Positions 35,401-46,026 of a stretch of 64,000 nt of DNA are shown here, piece after piece. Every line of letters begins with the position of its first letter. Positions within the stretch are counted from its first letter, which is position 1. The DNA is from a virus (Duplodnaviria; Caudoviricetes). Location of the stretch: IMG/VR virus record IMGVR_UViG_3300027286_000002; one strand, written 5' to 3'. Position numbers and translations under genes: made by a program. The notes below the pieces were generated by a model. That model saw only the letters and a program-made list of their open reading frames with translations, was not told where the DNA came from and ran no database searches.

Positions 35401-38400
35401 GGTTTTATAGAGGATGTCTTTAATATCTCTAGTAAGTCTATTAAGGAGTTCTCTTTCTTTGCCATTGAGATTATTGTAAGGGATAGTCATAAGACCTGAA
35501 TCATTTTTATTAAGACCATTAAGAGCAGGCAAATCTTCAAAAGGTTTAGTATCTGTGTAGTTAAAGAAAACATCACCTTCAAGACATTCATTAGGACTAG
35601 GTGGATTTTGATTAACAAATTCTTTAATAGGCAAGTTTGGATCATTTAGAGAAGGATAGCTATTATCAATGATGCTACCTGTTTTATAATTTACTTTAAC
35701 ATCAAATCCGATACGATATTCAAAGAGAGTAGGTGTTTGGTTATCGATATCACCACCAGATAAATTTTGGATGATGGTTTGACCAAAGGTAGCAGATAAA
35801 GGAATATTATCAATAATAGGATTAGTAGTATTTAAGACAACATAGCAACCTTGTTTAATATCGCTGACAGTCGCATTACGATAGTCAAAAGTAAAATCAA
35901 CAACCACAGGATTATTTCTATCTTTAATAGAAGTGAAAGTGTTATTGTCATTGCTAAGAGCAAGCAGGTTGCCTATAGATAAAGGTGGAATAACAAGATC
36001 AGGATTACCTGATTGGACAGAATATGTAGAACCATTAGGAATAAGTTCATTGGTATTTGGCAGACCTGTATCTGGATCAATAGGAAATTCACTTAAAGGC
36101 ACGGAAGATAAGATAAAAGTAGGATTGGTAGAGATACTTGCATAGCCTGTTTTAGAGTAGTCATAAACAAAATAAGCACCTGCTCTTTTTCTAAGAGTGA
36201 CAGAAGAGATATTAGTGATAGGATTAAGAAGAGGATTAGAAATAGAACCTATTCGCTTGCCATAGGTATCAAGAAAGTTAAAATCACCATCACCTAAGAA
36301 ATAAGCAGATTGCATTTTTTCAGGATAAAGTCTTGAAAAGACACTATCTTTGCACATGGCTTTCCAAATGAAATACAGAGTGGAATTGATACCTAAGAAA
36401 TAATAAGTAGAAACAGATTTAGTGTCTGTTAAAACAATATCATCAATATCATTATAGATCATAGATTTTTGTTTATTGATAATCGTATCGATTTGAGATG
36501 CACTAGGTGTAGATCCACCTGTTAAACCACCTGTCAAAGAAGAAAAAGATGCACCTATTTTAATAGGATCAGTAGGTAAAAGATAGGTGCTAGGATTTTC
36601 TGTATTAAGGATTTCCAAAGCAACATATCTAGGATTTAATTGTCTAGTGAGAGGATCTTCTAAACCTGTGCCAAAATAATCAGAAGTTGCTTGAATGATT
36701 TCAAATTTAAAAGCACCATCTTGATCACCAACAGAGCGATCAAGGTCAAGAGTTTCAAGATTAGTGATTACTTGATTATAATCAGATAAATTTTTACGAG
36801 CAATCACATCTTTAGCTAGATCATCATAAATACCTAAACCTACACCTTTTGGTGTATCGCCAAAGGACTTTGATCTACCATTAGTTTGTGGACTGTTAAA
36901 ATTGATTTCAGTTTCATATTCAGATTGTTCTACTACTCTTAAATAGAATTGGTCTTGTGCATTGACCACACATTTGGCAAAAAGTTTTTTACCTGTATAT
37001 GGTGATTCGATATATTGATTGAAGTTTGCTTTATATGTAGGATAAATCAATCTGCCATTAGAAAGAAAAGGACTTAAACTTTGAGGTCTAGTGTGAAAGA
37101 AATAGTAAGCAACATTAGGTTGGACAGAGTGATTAAGATTTAATTGGATTTCACCTGTGGCATCATTAATAGAATAGTCATAGTTCACTACCAATTCACT
37201 GCCTATGCCATATTCCATATCATATTTAATAAGTTTGTAGTCTTGATCAGATAAGAAAGATTTCGCATAGATTTTAGTATCGTTTTGGTTATATACAGGT
37301 CTTGCACTAACTGTGATCACAGGTTCACTGCTAACATTAATGCTTAAAACACTTGTGAAAGTGATAATCGTTTTTGTTAGATCATCAGATAAGCGAATGG
37401 ATTTTACTTGGTAGCAATCTGTATCTAAAAACATCAAAGTGTTTACTTGAATATATGCAGTAATATCTTCACTAATGGTAAGATTGCTGGATAAAGGTTT
37501 GGCATTAATCACATGGTTATTATTGCCTGTGAGAGAACTTAAAGCAATAAAGATATTTTCATTAGATAAGACAAAGATTTTAGGATCATCACTAGGTGAT
37601 CTAGCACCACTATCAAATTTAGCTGGTGTATCAAAAGTGACATTAGTTTTACCATTCGCATAGGTAGCAGTATCTACAACAAAAAATTCAGTAGTGGATT
37701 TGATTACAGAGTTTGCTTTAATGATATTTGTGTAGTCGCCATAAATATCAAATCCTGTACTGCCTTTAGTGATTTGCATTAAAGGCAACCAAATAGGATT
37801 AACAACTTTAATTGTGTATTCACCACCTATTGCTTGTTTAACAGAATAAGAAATTTTGACTGTGTAGTCTTCTGTGTTTTCACTAGGTAAGGTTAAGATA
37901 TTTGTTGTGTAGTCGAAAGTAGGAATTTTAGTGTTATCAAAGATACCTACAATTTCAGCACCTACATAAACTTGTGGACTAACTGTCTGTTCTATTGTGT
38001 AGGCATTAGGATTAAAGCTGTATTTAGATGAAGTGATTTTAGTGGTCGTTTCATTTTGAATAGTGAAAAGAATAGGCTCAACAATTTGAGTGTTTTCATC
38101 CGTGTAATATTCAACTTCAATACCAACACCTGCATCCAAAGGACTTAAGAAAGAAATATTGCCACCTGTGGTTTCTACAACATAATCATCAGTAGAGATT
38201 TCTTCAATGATGTATGCAGGTTTATTAAGACCATAAAATTCACTTGTTGTTTCAGATGAGATCAATACTTCAATATTTTGATATGCTAATGGAATAAAGA
38301 CAACATCACCTGTAATAGAAGATAGGATATTAGATAAAGTGATTTCACCTGTGATACTGTCAATAGAAACATCAGATGATGGTGTGTCAAAGACAGGTGT

Positions 38401-41034
38401 GTATAAAGTAGCATCACTACCTACACGGATTTTAAATTCTAAAGCTAAAACTCTTGGATCAGTAATATCAACAAAGCATTGGTCGGTAGATAAACCTAAA
38501 GCAATATCTTTAAGGACAGTAATAGGCTGTTCTGTATTGTCATTATATCTAGCAATCAGATTATCTAGAGTAGAGCATTTAGCAGTGATGATTTGTTTAA
38601 GAGTGTTTGTTGTAGTCGCATGAACTTTCTTAACCTTTAAGAATGATCTTACATTATTAAGAGAAATAAAACATTCGGAAGTTAAGAGTGTTGGATCAGG
38701 TTCTGAATATCCTTTATATGCTTTCCAAGTAGTATCGGAAGGCATACTAGATAAAGTGAGTGTAACACCATCTACTTCATTTACTTTAAAGAAGTTTGAG
38801 TTCGTTTGAATCCAATCATTCGGATTAATATCATAGGTGTTATCTAAGACATATAGGTTATCATTGATAATGGCATTATAGCCTTGTTCAATTTGTTTAG
38901 AGTATCTAGTGAAGTATCTAGCAAAACCTGAAATATTTGTATCAAAGGTTTCATTCTCAATAAGATTAGCTGTGTATTTATCTTTGGTTAAAGTGATAGA
39001 AGTGGATTGATCAACAACACCGGGCTCAAGATCAAGAATGGTAGTAGGTGTATCTATTCTTCTAGTTCGTGTAATATTCCTAATCCAAGCAAATTTGCTT
39101 TCATTAAAAAGGTGTTGGATTTCTACATCAGCTGTTAAAGTATTCTTACCTACTTTAAAGAAAGTATTCGCATCATAGCCATCATAATCTTCTCTTGGGA
39201 TAAAATCTAAAAAGGCATAAGTGGATTGAATGATTTCTTTACTGACTTGAATATCATTATAGAGAATGTTGCTAGTGAAATCATAATCTGCATTGTCATT
39301 ATTTCTTTTTTGTAGATCTAAATAAAGACCTGTGGTTAAATACCAATCAGTAAGAATTTGATGTGCAACAAAACCTAATGCCTGTAGGATTTCTAAATCA
39401 GAAGTGTTTAAGATTTGAATAGATGAACTAGCTTTAAGCACAAGGTATCTATTTTCGGATTTAATAGGATTATTAGAAGATCCTAATAGATTGTCAAAAT
39501 GGTCTTGAATTTCCCATGCTTGTTTACTGCCAGCTAAACCACTAAAATTAAGATTTCTAGTGATACCATTGATAACTAATCTAAGTACACCACCTGTGAT
39601 TGTGTATTTGTCTTGTTTAGCTGAGTAAATTCTGAAATCACTACCTTCATTATATTTGGTGTAGGATTTAAGAGGAATAGCACTTTGCACAAAATAAAGA
39701 TATCTACCCTGTTGAAAGGATAAGAATGTAGATTTAAATTCAATATTGATAGTGAAGTCGATAGCATTTTTAACAAGTGTCAAATATGCTTTAGACCATT
39801 TAAGTTCATTTGGTACATCTTCATAGGTAGGATAAATATTGACATCAATCATATCACCCACATTATTGGCAACATAATTATATTTATTTAAGACTGCAAT
39901 CTTTAAACCACTGCCATCAGGTCTTGAACTTGTAGGATCATCACCTGTTGGTAAAATACCTGTACCATCTGCAATAACATCAAAGCCTGCTGTGAAGTTT
40001 GTTTTAGGATTAACTTTGCCATTCTCAATTAAGACAGGTTCAACAAAAGAAATAGGTTTAGAACTTAAGACAAGACCATCATAATAAAGAGTGTAGTTAT
40101 TAGGATTGAGTAAAGAAACCTTGCTTGTTTGTTTACTGATATATGCAATCCCTTTTTCTAAAGATAAGGGAAAAAGATTTTCATCATCATAATATTGAAC
40201 TGAAAGATATTCTCTATTGCCTAATCTTAATAAAGGTGTTTCAAATCCTTGTGGTTTAGGTGAAAGGTAATAAGCATCATATACAGGATGGACGATACCA
40301 TCTGACATATCTAGTGATTCATTAAAAAACCAAATCTCTTTACCTGCATTCGCTTGGATAAAGCTATCTTTAAATTGAACTTTATTTTGATCAACAAAGA
40401 TAACAGCATCAAAAGTACCATCGAAAGTAAAAGGATCAGGTTTAACAGAGAACTTTTTAGTTTCAGTTTGGATAAGGTCTTGACCAACATAAATAAGACT
40501 AACAAAGACATTATCTTCATCAATAATACCTTTAGGTAAAGTGTATTCAGATGTGTCTGGTGTTAAGATACCTAAGCTAACAGGTGACCCACCTTTTAAG
40601 AGTTTCCAATTTTGACCATCCCATTCAAATCTTTGTTTAGATGTATCATTTCTAGTCCAGTGAAATAAAGGTTCTTCGAGATAGAAATTTGCATCAGTGA
40701 GATTATTAACAAGAGAGTAGAAAAGATTAGGTTTAAGGAATTTGGTGGAAGTGGCAACAGGACTTTTAATAGCATCATAGGTTTGGATTTTGTATTCATA
40801 ATAGTTGCCATCCATATTACCTGTTGCAGTGATAGAGTAATTGCGAACAGGATTTAAAGACCATGCGATTTTAGAGTTATTAGTTGAGATGAGAAGATAT
40901 TCAACTTGACCTTGATCAAAGCATAAAGTACCTTGACGATAGGCATCACGATTACCAATAAATCTAGTCGCAAGGCTTGTAGTAGATTGGTTAGTGTTAG
41001 CATTTTTTGTATCTAAAATGATTTTACTAGACAT
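32455..41034 (-). CDS. Very large putative virion structural protein (baseplate/tail associated)
   Basis: 2859-aa uninterrupted ORF, T/S/N/D-rich beta-type composition typical of jumbo-phage baseplate proteins; no specific family recognised. Confidence 0.55.
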   Translation of the reverse strand: MSSKIILDTKNANTNQSTTSLATRFIGNRDAYRQGTLCFDQGQVEYLLISTNNSKIAWSLNPVRNYSITATGNMDGNYYEYKIQTYDAIKSPVATSTKFLKPNLFYSLVNNLTDANFYLEEPLFHWTRNDTSKQRFEWDGQNWKLLKGGSPVSLGILTPDTSEYTLPKGIIDEDNVFVSLIYVGQDLIQTETKKFSVKPDPFTFDGTFDAVIFVDQNKVQFKDSFIQANAGKEIWFFNESLDMSDGIVHPVYDAYYLSPKPQGFETPLLRLGNREYLSVQYYDDENLFPLSLEKGIAYISKQTSKVSLLNPNNYTLYYDGLVLSSKPISFVEPVLIENGKVNPKTNFTAGFDVIADGTGILPTGDDPTSSRPDGSGLKIAVLNKYNYVANNVGDMIDVNIYPTYEDVPNELKWSKAYLTLVKNAIDFTINIEFKSTFLSFQQGRYLYFVQSAIPLKSYTKYNEGSDFRIYSAKQDKYTITGGVLRLVINGITRNLNFSGLAGSKQAWEIQDHFDNLLGSSNNPIKSENRYLVLKASSSIQILNTSDLEILQALGFVAHQILTDWYLTTGLYLDLQKRNNDNADYDFTSNILYNDIQVSKEIIQSTYAFLDFIPREDYDGYDANTFFKVGKNTLTADVEIQHLFNESKFAWIRNITRTRRIDTPTTILDLEPGVVDQSTSITLTKDKYTANLIENETFDTNISGFARYFTRYSKQIEQGYNAIINDNLYVLDNTYDINPNDWIQTNSNFFKVNEVDGVTLTLSSMPSDTTWKAYKGYSEPDPTLLTSECFISLNNVRSFLKVKKVHATTTNTLKQIITAKCSTLDNLIARYNDNTEQPITVLKDIALGLSTDQCFVDITDPRVLALEFKIRVGSDATLYTPVFDTPSSDVSIDSITGEITLSNILSSITGDVVFIPLAYQNIEVLISSETTSEFYGLNKPAYIIEEISTDDYVVETTGGNISFLSPLDAGVGIEVEYYTDENTQIVEPILFTIQNETTTKITSSKYSFNPNAYTIEQTVSPQVYVGAEIVGIFDNTKIPTFDYTTNILTLPSENTEDYTVKISYSVKQAIGGEYTIKVVNPIWLPLMQITKGSTGFDIYGDYTNIIKANSVIKSTTEFFVVDTATYANGKTNVTFDTPAKFDSGARSPSDDPKIFVLSNENIFIALSSLTGNNNHVINAKPLSSNLTISEDITAYIQVNTLMFLDTDCYQVKSIRLSDDLTKTIITFTSVLSINVSSEPVITVSARPVYNQNDTKIYAKSFLSDQDYKLIKYDMEYGIGSELVVNYDYSINDATGEIQLNLNHSVQPNVAYYFFHTRPQSLSPFLSNGRLIYPTYKANFNQYIESPYTGKKLFAKCVVNAQDQFYLRVVEQSEYETEINFNSPQTNGRSKSFGDTPKGVGLGIYDDLAKDVIARKNLSDYNQVITNLETLDLDRSVGDQDGAFKFEIIQATSDYFGTGLEDPLTRQLNPRYVALEILNTENPSTYLLPTDPIKIGASFSSLTGGLTGGSTPSASQIDTIINKQKSMIYNDIDDIVLTDTKSVSTYYFLGINSTLYFIWKAMCKDSVFSRLYPEKMQSAYFLGDGDFNFLDTYGKRIGSISNPLLNPITNISSVTLRKRAGAYFVYDYSKTGYASISTNPTFILSSVPLSEFPIDPDTGLPNTNELIPNGSTYSVQSGNPDLVIPPLSIGNLLALSNDNNTFTSIKDRNNPVVVDFTFDYRNATVSDIKQGCYVVLNTTNPIIDNIPLSATFGQTIIQNLSGGDIDNQTPTLFEYRIGFDVKVNYKTGSIIDNSYPSLNDPNLPIKEFVNQNPPSPNECLEGDVFFNYTDTKPFEDLPALNGLNKNDSGLMTIPYNNLNGKERELLNRLTRDIKDILYKTYSSNPVYPDEIRFDLNIDTTTGTLIDNINPTDKNDLTIIKEQGYFQSSSESELIIPRMNIYSNNNNVEYKISNFITGNEFIVYSPVQISAFPFIVYQYRLKFVPSASNYDFTSLFNTQQTPIIFKFIQSQSFTDTCIQFTYNAGTSQWSVITSISSPTSYNISNLDLSTINEIKFQTVGILSSIYGLTPDIPLNTMIPFTCSLNNHSNNAFHNDNNLSINEDRCSISHQYLNFSYFAPHNSTIDSVNVQTELIIGITDISYYDLNTSSTSIQSIASNSSFSANATQPYTFYSQPSTHTLKIPSFFGKGNTTLPYSNIKGNLFTSAKVDTSSNLPTNYTAYFHHSSNPAYYLTLFNISSTITNVLPNDLVFFKGISLIGIVQETALTPTISINLNPSFPKFSSANNTQIQMTDDFDTSTFTNTTIFIQIDSDQTIYKCTGTSYNPTTKIISIGTIVQYDYATNTTTPILTPINLTSGYVTGQTIVDFDNFSSTFPFNANATVNNHTKFFNTNTTSNNKITFSSPTLFLRAYITTATLTYSITTPAIKLNSTAPSLLNANLANPNTTYSTYLNDINTYLFPNPLPNNNPLPNDLTLPVTFSIRRTRRFDKKFSSFQADYIKNFYLRIQTKATSITTLNPYLKTFNYPTNITALSIGDILYQSSTPFARITNINYPSNFTCLIFDQSVVPTSNTLYYAYKQSSRPIEQSLIQLINNDLITQNLILSSNTTVSITNTNQFPFPLSEDISILKTGQYLFIYPNPQAEARSNSYHPTLDDNRGLYHIVEIDTNTRILTLDPVIGTDYLSYDNPYPTDYPFSLIPTVDIPIAQWSIVELSSQSNDLPLPCIAYLLYERLLSYVYNLSSLYASQPYLSTWQDFFYAGYATSSDLDILGLDDTTTITNPQFIDIIGNVDIYPYTPTNQRLSILDRRYYIEDPFLILDGYLNSLPSALKSFLEDTIDSFDLRSSRYYWLNIRANKVNGTLK

Positions 41035-41041
41035 ATTTTGA

Positions 41042-41602
41042 TTATCCTATTTTACAGATGATTGGTGAAACAGAAGGTACTACACTAGCAGATCCGATGA
41101 CTGCACCAATACCTGTACCTGTGAGAAATAAGTTGCTTATACTAAGAGCAAAGGCATTTAAAAGCAAAGGATTTGGATTAGGTATTCCACTAGCAGGGAA
41201 AGCAGATTGTAAACTTGCTAGTAGAGTTGGATAAGGTGCAATGATATTAACAATAGCACAAGCACCTGTGCCCACAATAGGACTAATACCTGTAAATTGC
41301 ATAGGTAGAGTGCTTAAGCAAGTAGCAATCGCTTGAGCCATAGCAGTGGTGTTGGAGCTAACAAGACCATTAGCAATAAAACCTGTTAATGCTAATGGTG
41401 TATTAGGAATGATAATAACTTTACCATTAGCAGTGCCTACACCTAAAGTACCTGTGCAAGTGGCATTAGCGAAAACAGAAGAATTAATCCAATTAAAGAT
41501 ACCTAGACCAAGAGCATTAGTGGATAAGATCCAGCTTTGACCTTTAAGAGCAGGATTACTTGCAAGTAATGTAGATGCAATTAAAGGTGGTGAAATTGCC
41601 AT
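41042..41602 (-). CDS. Putative baseplate-associated structural protein (Ala/Gly/Pro-rich)
   Basis: 186 aa, directly upstream of the 2859-aa gene. Confidence 0.45.
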   Translation of the reverse strand: MAISPPLIASTLLASNPALKGQSWILSTNALGLGIFNWINSSVFANATCTGTLGVGTANGKVIIIPNTPLALTGFIANGLVSSNTTAMAQAIATCLSTLPMQFTGISPIVGTGACAIVNIIAPYPTLLASLQSAFPASGIPNPNPLLLNAFALSISNLFLTGTGIGAVIGSASVVPSVSPIICKIG

Positions 41603-41681
41603 GAGTGTAAAAATCCTTTGTATTATATTTATATATTATATGTATTGTATAGAAAGCATACACAAACAAAGGTGGAAAAAA

Positions 41682-42956
41682 ATGAAATTTGCAAGTGATG
41701 AAAAAGCACAAATCCAAAAGGCATTATGGGAAGTAGTAAGAACAGCATCAATGGCATTGATGAAATTAAATGAAATTGAAGGTGAAGAGGAAAAATTAGA
41801 GGAAGAAGAAAAACCACAACGAACAGCGAAAAAGGTAGAAGCGATGCCTATTAATCCAACACAAAAAACAGTATCAATGGCAGAAAGAATTGCATCATTA
41901 AGAAGTGGAAATAGGCAACAAAGCACAATGCCAGCTAATAATCAAAGACCTGAAGTAATTAGAAAAGCAAGTTTAACAGATGATAAGATTAAGTCATTTG
42001 CAGTAAGAATAGGTAATGAGATTTTGCCTAAAGTAAAAGATGAGGATTATGATTTAAGAGTATTATTTAAGCATTCAAGTACTTGGAATGAGATTAAAGA
42101 CAGTGTAGATAGTAATTCTATTAAATCTGTGGTATCATCTGTAAATGAACTTATTCAAGACAGGTTAGATCAAAAGTTTGCACAAGAGCAGGCTCAATTA
42201 AAAAAACAAGCATTATTAAAACAAAAGCAGGATTTATTAAAGCAAGCAGAAGAGCAAAAGCAATTAGAAATGGTTGAGGCTAGAAAGCAAAAGTTAGCCA
42301 AAGCACAAAAGAACATGGTGATGGCATCTATTATTAAAGAGATGAAACCATTTGTCAAAGCAGGCAATATGAATACGATTAATGTAGCATTACAGAAATC
42401 AGCAACATGGCAAAATATTAAATCAAATTTAAGTAGTCAAAATGAACGAAATGCTTTTGTTAGTGAAATGATTCAAGCATCAGGATTTTTAAATACAAAG
42501 AATGCAGATTTTCAAAGAGATGTAATTCCACCTAATAGAGATAGCTTTTCCACAGGTGTGCAGACAAATCGTGGTGTAGATAATTTTAAAGGCAAAGAAA
42601 GTTTACCTAAAGGATATTCAGATGACATAGGCAGTACAGCACCTGATTCACCTGTAAATAAGACTTTGAATTTAGATAGATCAGATAGTCATGGTAGAAC
42701 ACCAGCAGTAGCATTAAATAACATTACTGAAGTTGTGCAAAGTGGTGGATCAGCTAAAGTCATCCCTGATAATAAAGGATATGCAAATAATTCTAGTCCA
42801 TTAAGAACATCATCCGAAGATGAAGAATTAGAAAACCTTTGGAATACAGAGCCAAGTGAGGATGATGTAGAGCAGGATGAATTTGCATCAGAAGAATATG
42901 ATGATGGCATTAGTGAAGATATGGATGATGATGATTTCTTTGGCGATGAAGAATAA
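41682..42956 (+). CDS. Hypothetical coiled-coil protein with acidic C-terminus
   Basis: Probable start MKFASDEK after AAAGGTGG. Confidence 0.7.
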   Translation: MKFASDEKAQIQKALWEVVRTASMALMKLNEIEGEEEKLEEEEKPQRTAKKVEAMPINPTQKTVSMAERIASLRSGNRQQSTMPANNQRPEVIRKASLTDDKIKSFAVRIGNEILPKVKDEDYDLRVLFKHSSTWNEIKDSVDSNSIKSVVSSVNELIQDRLDQKFAQEQAQLKKQALLKQKQDLLKQAEEQKQLEMVEARKQKLAKAQKNMVMASIIKEMKPFVKAGNMNTINVALQKSATWQNIKSNLSSQNERNAFVSEMIQASGFLNTKNADFQRDVIPPNRDSFSTGVQTNRGVDNFKGKESLPKGYSDDIGSTAPDSPVNKTLNLDRSDSHGRTPAVALNNITEVVQSGGSAKVIPDNKGYANNSSPLRTSSEDEELENLWNTEPSEDDVEQDEFASEEYDDGISEDMDDDDFFGDEE

Positions 42957-43011
42957 TAGATTTAGATAAGAATGTTTAAATTGTAATTGTTTTAGATAAG
43001 AAATAATAGTT

Positions 43012-46000
43012 TTAGCAAGAATGTCTAACTTTATAAATGACATTTAAATATTGTTCAATCATGGTTTGGTCAAAGGTATCATCTTTTCTACTTTCCAACC
43101 AATTTTTAAGTGGCTGTGAAGCACCTATTTTAAAGTCGAACATGGCTTGAGAGATATTATCAAAATAGCTAGTCTTATTGAAATACACTTTATCTGTATC
43201 AAAGAAGATTTTCTCAATCTTATTATTGGTTGTGGCATTGTATGTAGATGTAGTATCTTGAGTAGTATCATCTAGGTGGATGACTCTTAACTTACTACCT
43301 GCATCTTTATATTGGATGAAAGTAGCAATAGATTGTGGATAAGGTACTCTTGGATAATTTGATTTAAGGAATTGGTTATATTTAGTAGTGTATGCTTTAT
43401 CGTTAAGGACACCATAGATATAATCCATAGTATCGAGAGAAGAGAAGGTTTGGTCTGTAGCTAGTGTGGGTTCATCTTGGTGAGATTTAGAGATTGCTTT
43501 CCCAAATTCGTTTAGAAAGTCAGTTGTGAAGTTAGATGATTGAGATGCAGGCATAATGCTACTGCCTTCATTATAGAGAAATAAAGGTGTAGAGTGAACA
43601 CCTCTGTCACCTTTAAAGAATTTAATATCAGGAATTGTTTTTGTGTATTGTATATGTGCAAAATTATCTTCAAAACAGGTTCGAGAATAAATTAAAAATA
43701 TTTGCTCTTTCGCTTGCTCATGTTTTTTGATTTCTTCTCTTCTACGAGCTGTCAATTTACTATCAAAGTAATGTCTAGTGTCAAAAACTCTATATGTTAA
43801 GGTAGAGAAAATACCATCCTCTTTCTTATTTATAGACTGCTGAATTTTCCTAGTGTTTACTGTTTCTGAACAGTCTAAAGGTAAGATACTATTTTTTAAA
43901 TAATTTTCTATTTTCATAGAAAGTCTATCTGAATTAGTATCTAAAAGTAAATTATCACAACCTGTTGTGATACCAATACTGCTTTCTTTAAAGCAATGTT
44001 CTAAAGAAAAACTATTTTGGTCGTATTCACTTTTAATAGAACTTTCTTGATAATATAAGTAATATTCAGGCTTGAATATCTCTATTTTTATAAAATTATT
44101 TTCCGAAATTGAATTTGTTTCCAAATATTTAAATTTACCTTCCTTTGAGCCTTTAATTTCATGATAGTGTACACTAGCCAAATTACCTACTACTTTCTTA
44201 TTAGTCTTAACGAAGAATGAGATGCACACAGGTGTCTTGATGTTAAAAACATTTTCATCTTTAAAATTAAGAATGTAAATCTCATCAAAACTTTCTAATA
44301 AAGACTTTCTCATATTTGTCATACCAATAGAAGATAAGAAACTACTGTTGGAAATATAAGCTACTACACCACTGCCATTTTGATCAATAAGATTCTGTGC
44401 ATACCTAATAAACTTAATGTAGTCATCATTTAAAGCACCACTGCTACCTTTCATAGCATAATCACCCATGAGATCATTAATAAACTTGCCATTATTCTTA
44501 CTCCTACCATTATAAGGTGGATTGCCAAGAACTACCATCACAGGCTGTTCTTGTCTTACTCTATTTGCTCCTATTGCCTCTTCATTTAATTGATAAACCA
44601 AATCACTCACACTCAATAAATGCTCTTCTACATCCACTGCACCATTTAAGGTGTTTGTTAAGTAAATGTTAAATCTTTCTGTATCTTCACTTAAACTGTC
44701 TTTTAATAACTCATACATCTTCATGTGTGCCATCACATAAGAAGGCATCATCAATTCAAAACCATTTAATCTAGGTATCAAATCTTTATTCACATAATCA
44801 TTCCATAAAGAAGGATACTTGTAATTACTCTTGATATATGAAACTACTGAATTTAAAAAATTGCCTGTGCCTGTCGCAGGATCTAAAATCTGTACCTTAT
44901 GCACATTTTCTTTATTTACCATTTCTGTTTTATATGAGTTTTCACCTACCTTTACTTTTTTATTGTAGGTATAGGATTGCTTTTCACTAGATGAAATACC
45001 ATCTTTAATAGCAAACTTAGTCTTTAAGATTTCATCTACACCTTTTACAATATAGTCCACTACTTCTACAGGTGTGTACCAAACACCCATTTGCTTTCTT
45101 AATTCAGGATCATATTGCTCTAAAAAATTCTCATAAAAGTGAATAACTATATCATTGTTAGCCAGCTTTAAAGATGAAATGATTTTACTCATATCCGTGT
45201 TAGCTAAAATGGTTGTGATTGCATCTATCAAATTATTGATGCTTTGGGATAACTCATTCTTATCATTGCTAATGGTATCAAAGAATTGCTTTAATAAAGG
45301 ATTGGTATTTGGGATAAGATTTGAAGCATCTGATCTAGTAAAGATAGCATTTGGATCTTTTTGGAAAGCATAATACCTTGATGCAAATAAACCATAACTT
45401 AAAGTTTGTGCATAAAGGTCTGCAAATTGACTGTTATCAATATCTTCAATAAGCATCTTTTTAAATTCATTTCTATATGCCACCAGCTTGTATTTCTTTT
45501 TGGTTTTAATCTTTTGCTCAATTTCAAGATCATCAGTATTTAAAGTAGATAAGATGTCTGCTTTAAGTAGCTTAGTTTTATCTGCAAGTTTTTTAGCTAA
45601 TGCCAAAGGATTATTAAAATGGATAGTGCTTGCCATGAAGTTATCTAGCAAGGTATTAAACTTATCAAAGCTGGCAGGATTGGTTTCATCTAGTTTGCAT
45701 TTATCTAATAGGATGCCATCTTGGTAAAATTCAAAGTCAATAAAGTTAGTGATAAGCAATTTAGGAAATGCCTGCTTATATCTATTGAATTGGTCTTGAT
45801 GTTTTTTATGAGATAAATCTTCATTAAGGTTTTTAGTTTCAATATAGAAAGCTACCAAAGAGTTTTGAGTATAGACTTCCATATCAATTTTATTTTTACC
45901 TTTGCCTGTTGGTTCATCAGTAAAGACAAGACCTTTAAGAATAGATTTAAGAGCAGGACGATAAGAGTATTCAGAACCATTACGAGATTCGATATCTTTA

Positions 46001-46026
46001 AGTTGGTTTAGGTATGTAGTAAGCAT
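43012..46026 (-). CDS. Type IIG / ISP-like restriction-modification fusion (putative nuclease + N6A methyltransferase + specificity domain)
   Basis: N-terminal E..ID...IETK PD-(D/E)xK-like motif; GVWYTP, ILDPATGTG, VLGNPPY; C-terminal YRVFD, PRVPYP, KIG..L.NWL..RK; no helicase. Confidence 0.85.
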   Translation of the reverse strand: MLTTYLNQLKDIESRNGSEYSYRPALKSILKGLVFTDEPTGKGKNKIDMEVYTQNSLVAFYIETKNLNEDLSHKKHQDQFNRYKQAFPKLLITNFIDFEFYQDGILLDKCKLDETNPASFDKFNTLLDNFMASTIHFNNPLALAKKLADKTKLLKADILSTLNTDDLEIEQKIKTKKKYKLVAYRNEFKKMLIEDIDNSQFADLYAQTLSYGLFASRYYAFQKDPNAIFTRSDASNLIPNTNPLLKQFFDTISNDKNELSQSINNLIDAITTILANTDMSKIISSLKLANNDIVIHFYENFLEQYDPELRKQMGVWYTPVEVVDYIVKGVDEILKTKFAIKDGISSSEKQSYTYNKKVKVGENSYKTEMVNKENVHKVQILDPATGTGNFLNSVVSYIKSNYKYPSLWNDYVNKDLIPRLNGFELMMPSYVMAHMKMYELLKDSLSEDTERFNIYLTNTLNGAVDVEEHLLSVSDLVYQLNEEAIGANRVRQEQPVMVVLGNPPYNGRSKNNGKFINDLMGDYAMKGSSGALNDDYIKFIRYAQNLIDQNGSGVVAYISNSSFLSSIGMTNMRKSLLESFDEIYILNFKDENVFNIKTPVCISFFVKTNKKVVGNLASVHYHEIKGSKEGKFKYLETNSISENNFIKIEIFKPEYYLYYQESSIKSEYDQNSFSLEHCFKESSIGITTGCDNLLLDTNSDRLSMKIENYLKNSILPLDCSETVNTRKIQQSINKKEDGIFSTLTYRVFDTRHYFDSKLTARRREEIKKHEQAKEQIFLIYSRTCFEDNFAHIQYTKTIPDIKFFKGDRGVHSTPLFLYNEGSSIMPASQSSNFTTDFLNEFGKAISKSHQDEPTLATDQTFSSLDTMDYIYGVLNDKAYTTKYNQFLKSNYPRVPYPQSIATFIQYKDAGSKLRVIHLDDTTQDTTSTYNATTNNKIEKIFFDTDKVYFNKTSYFDNISQAMFDFKIGASQPLKNWLESRKDDTFDQTMIEQYLNVIYKVRHSC

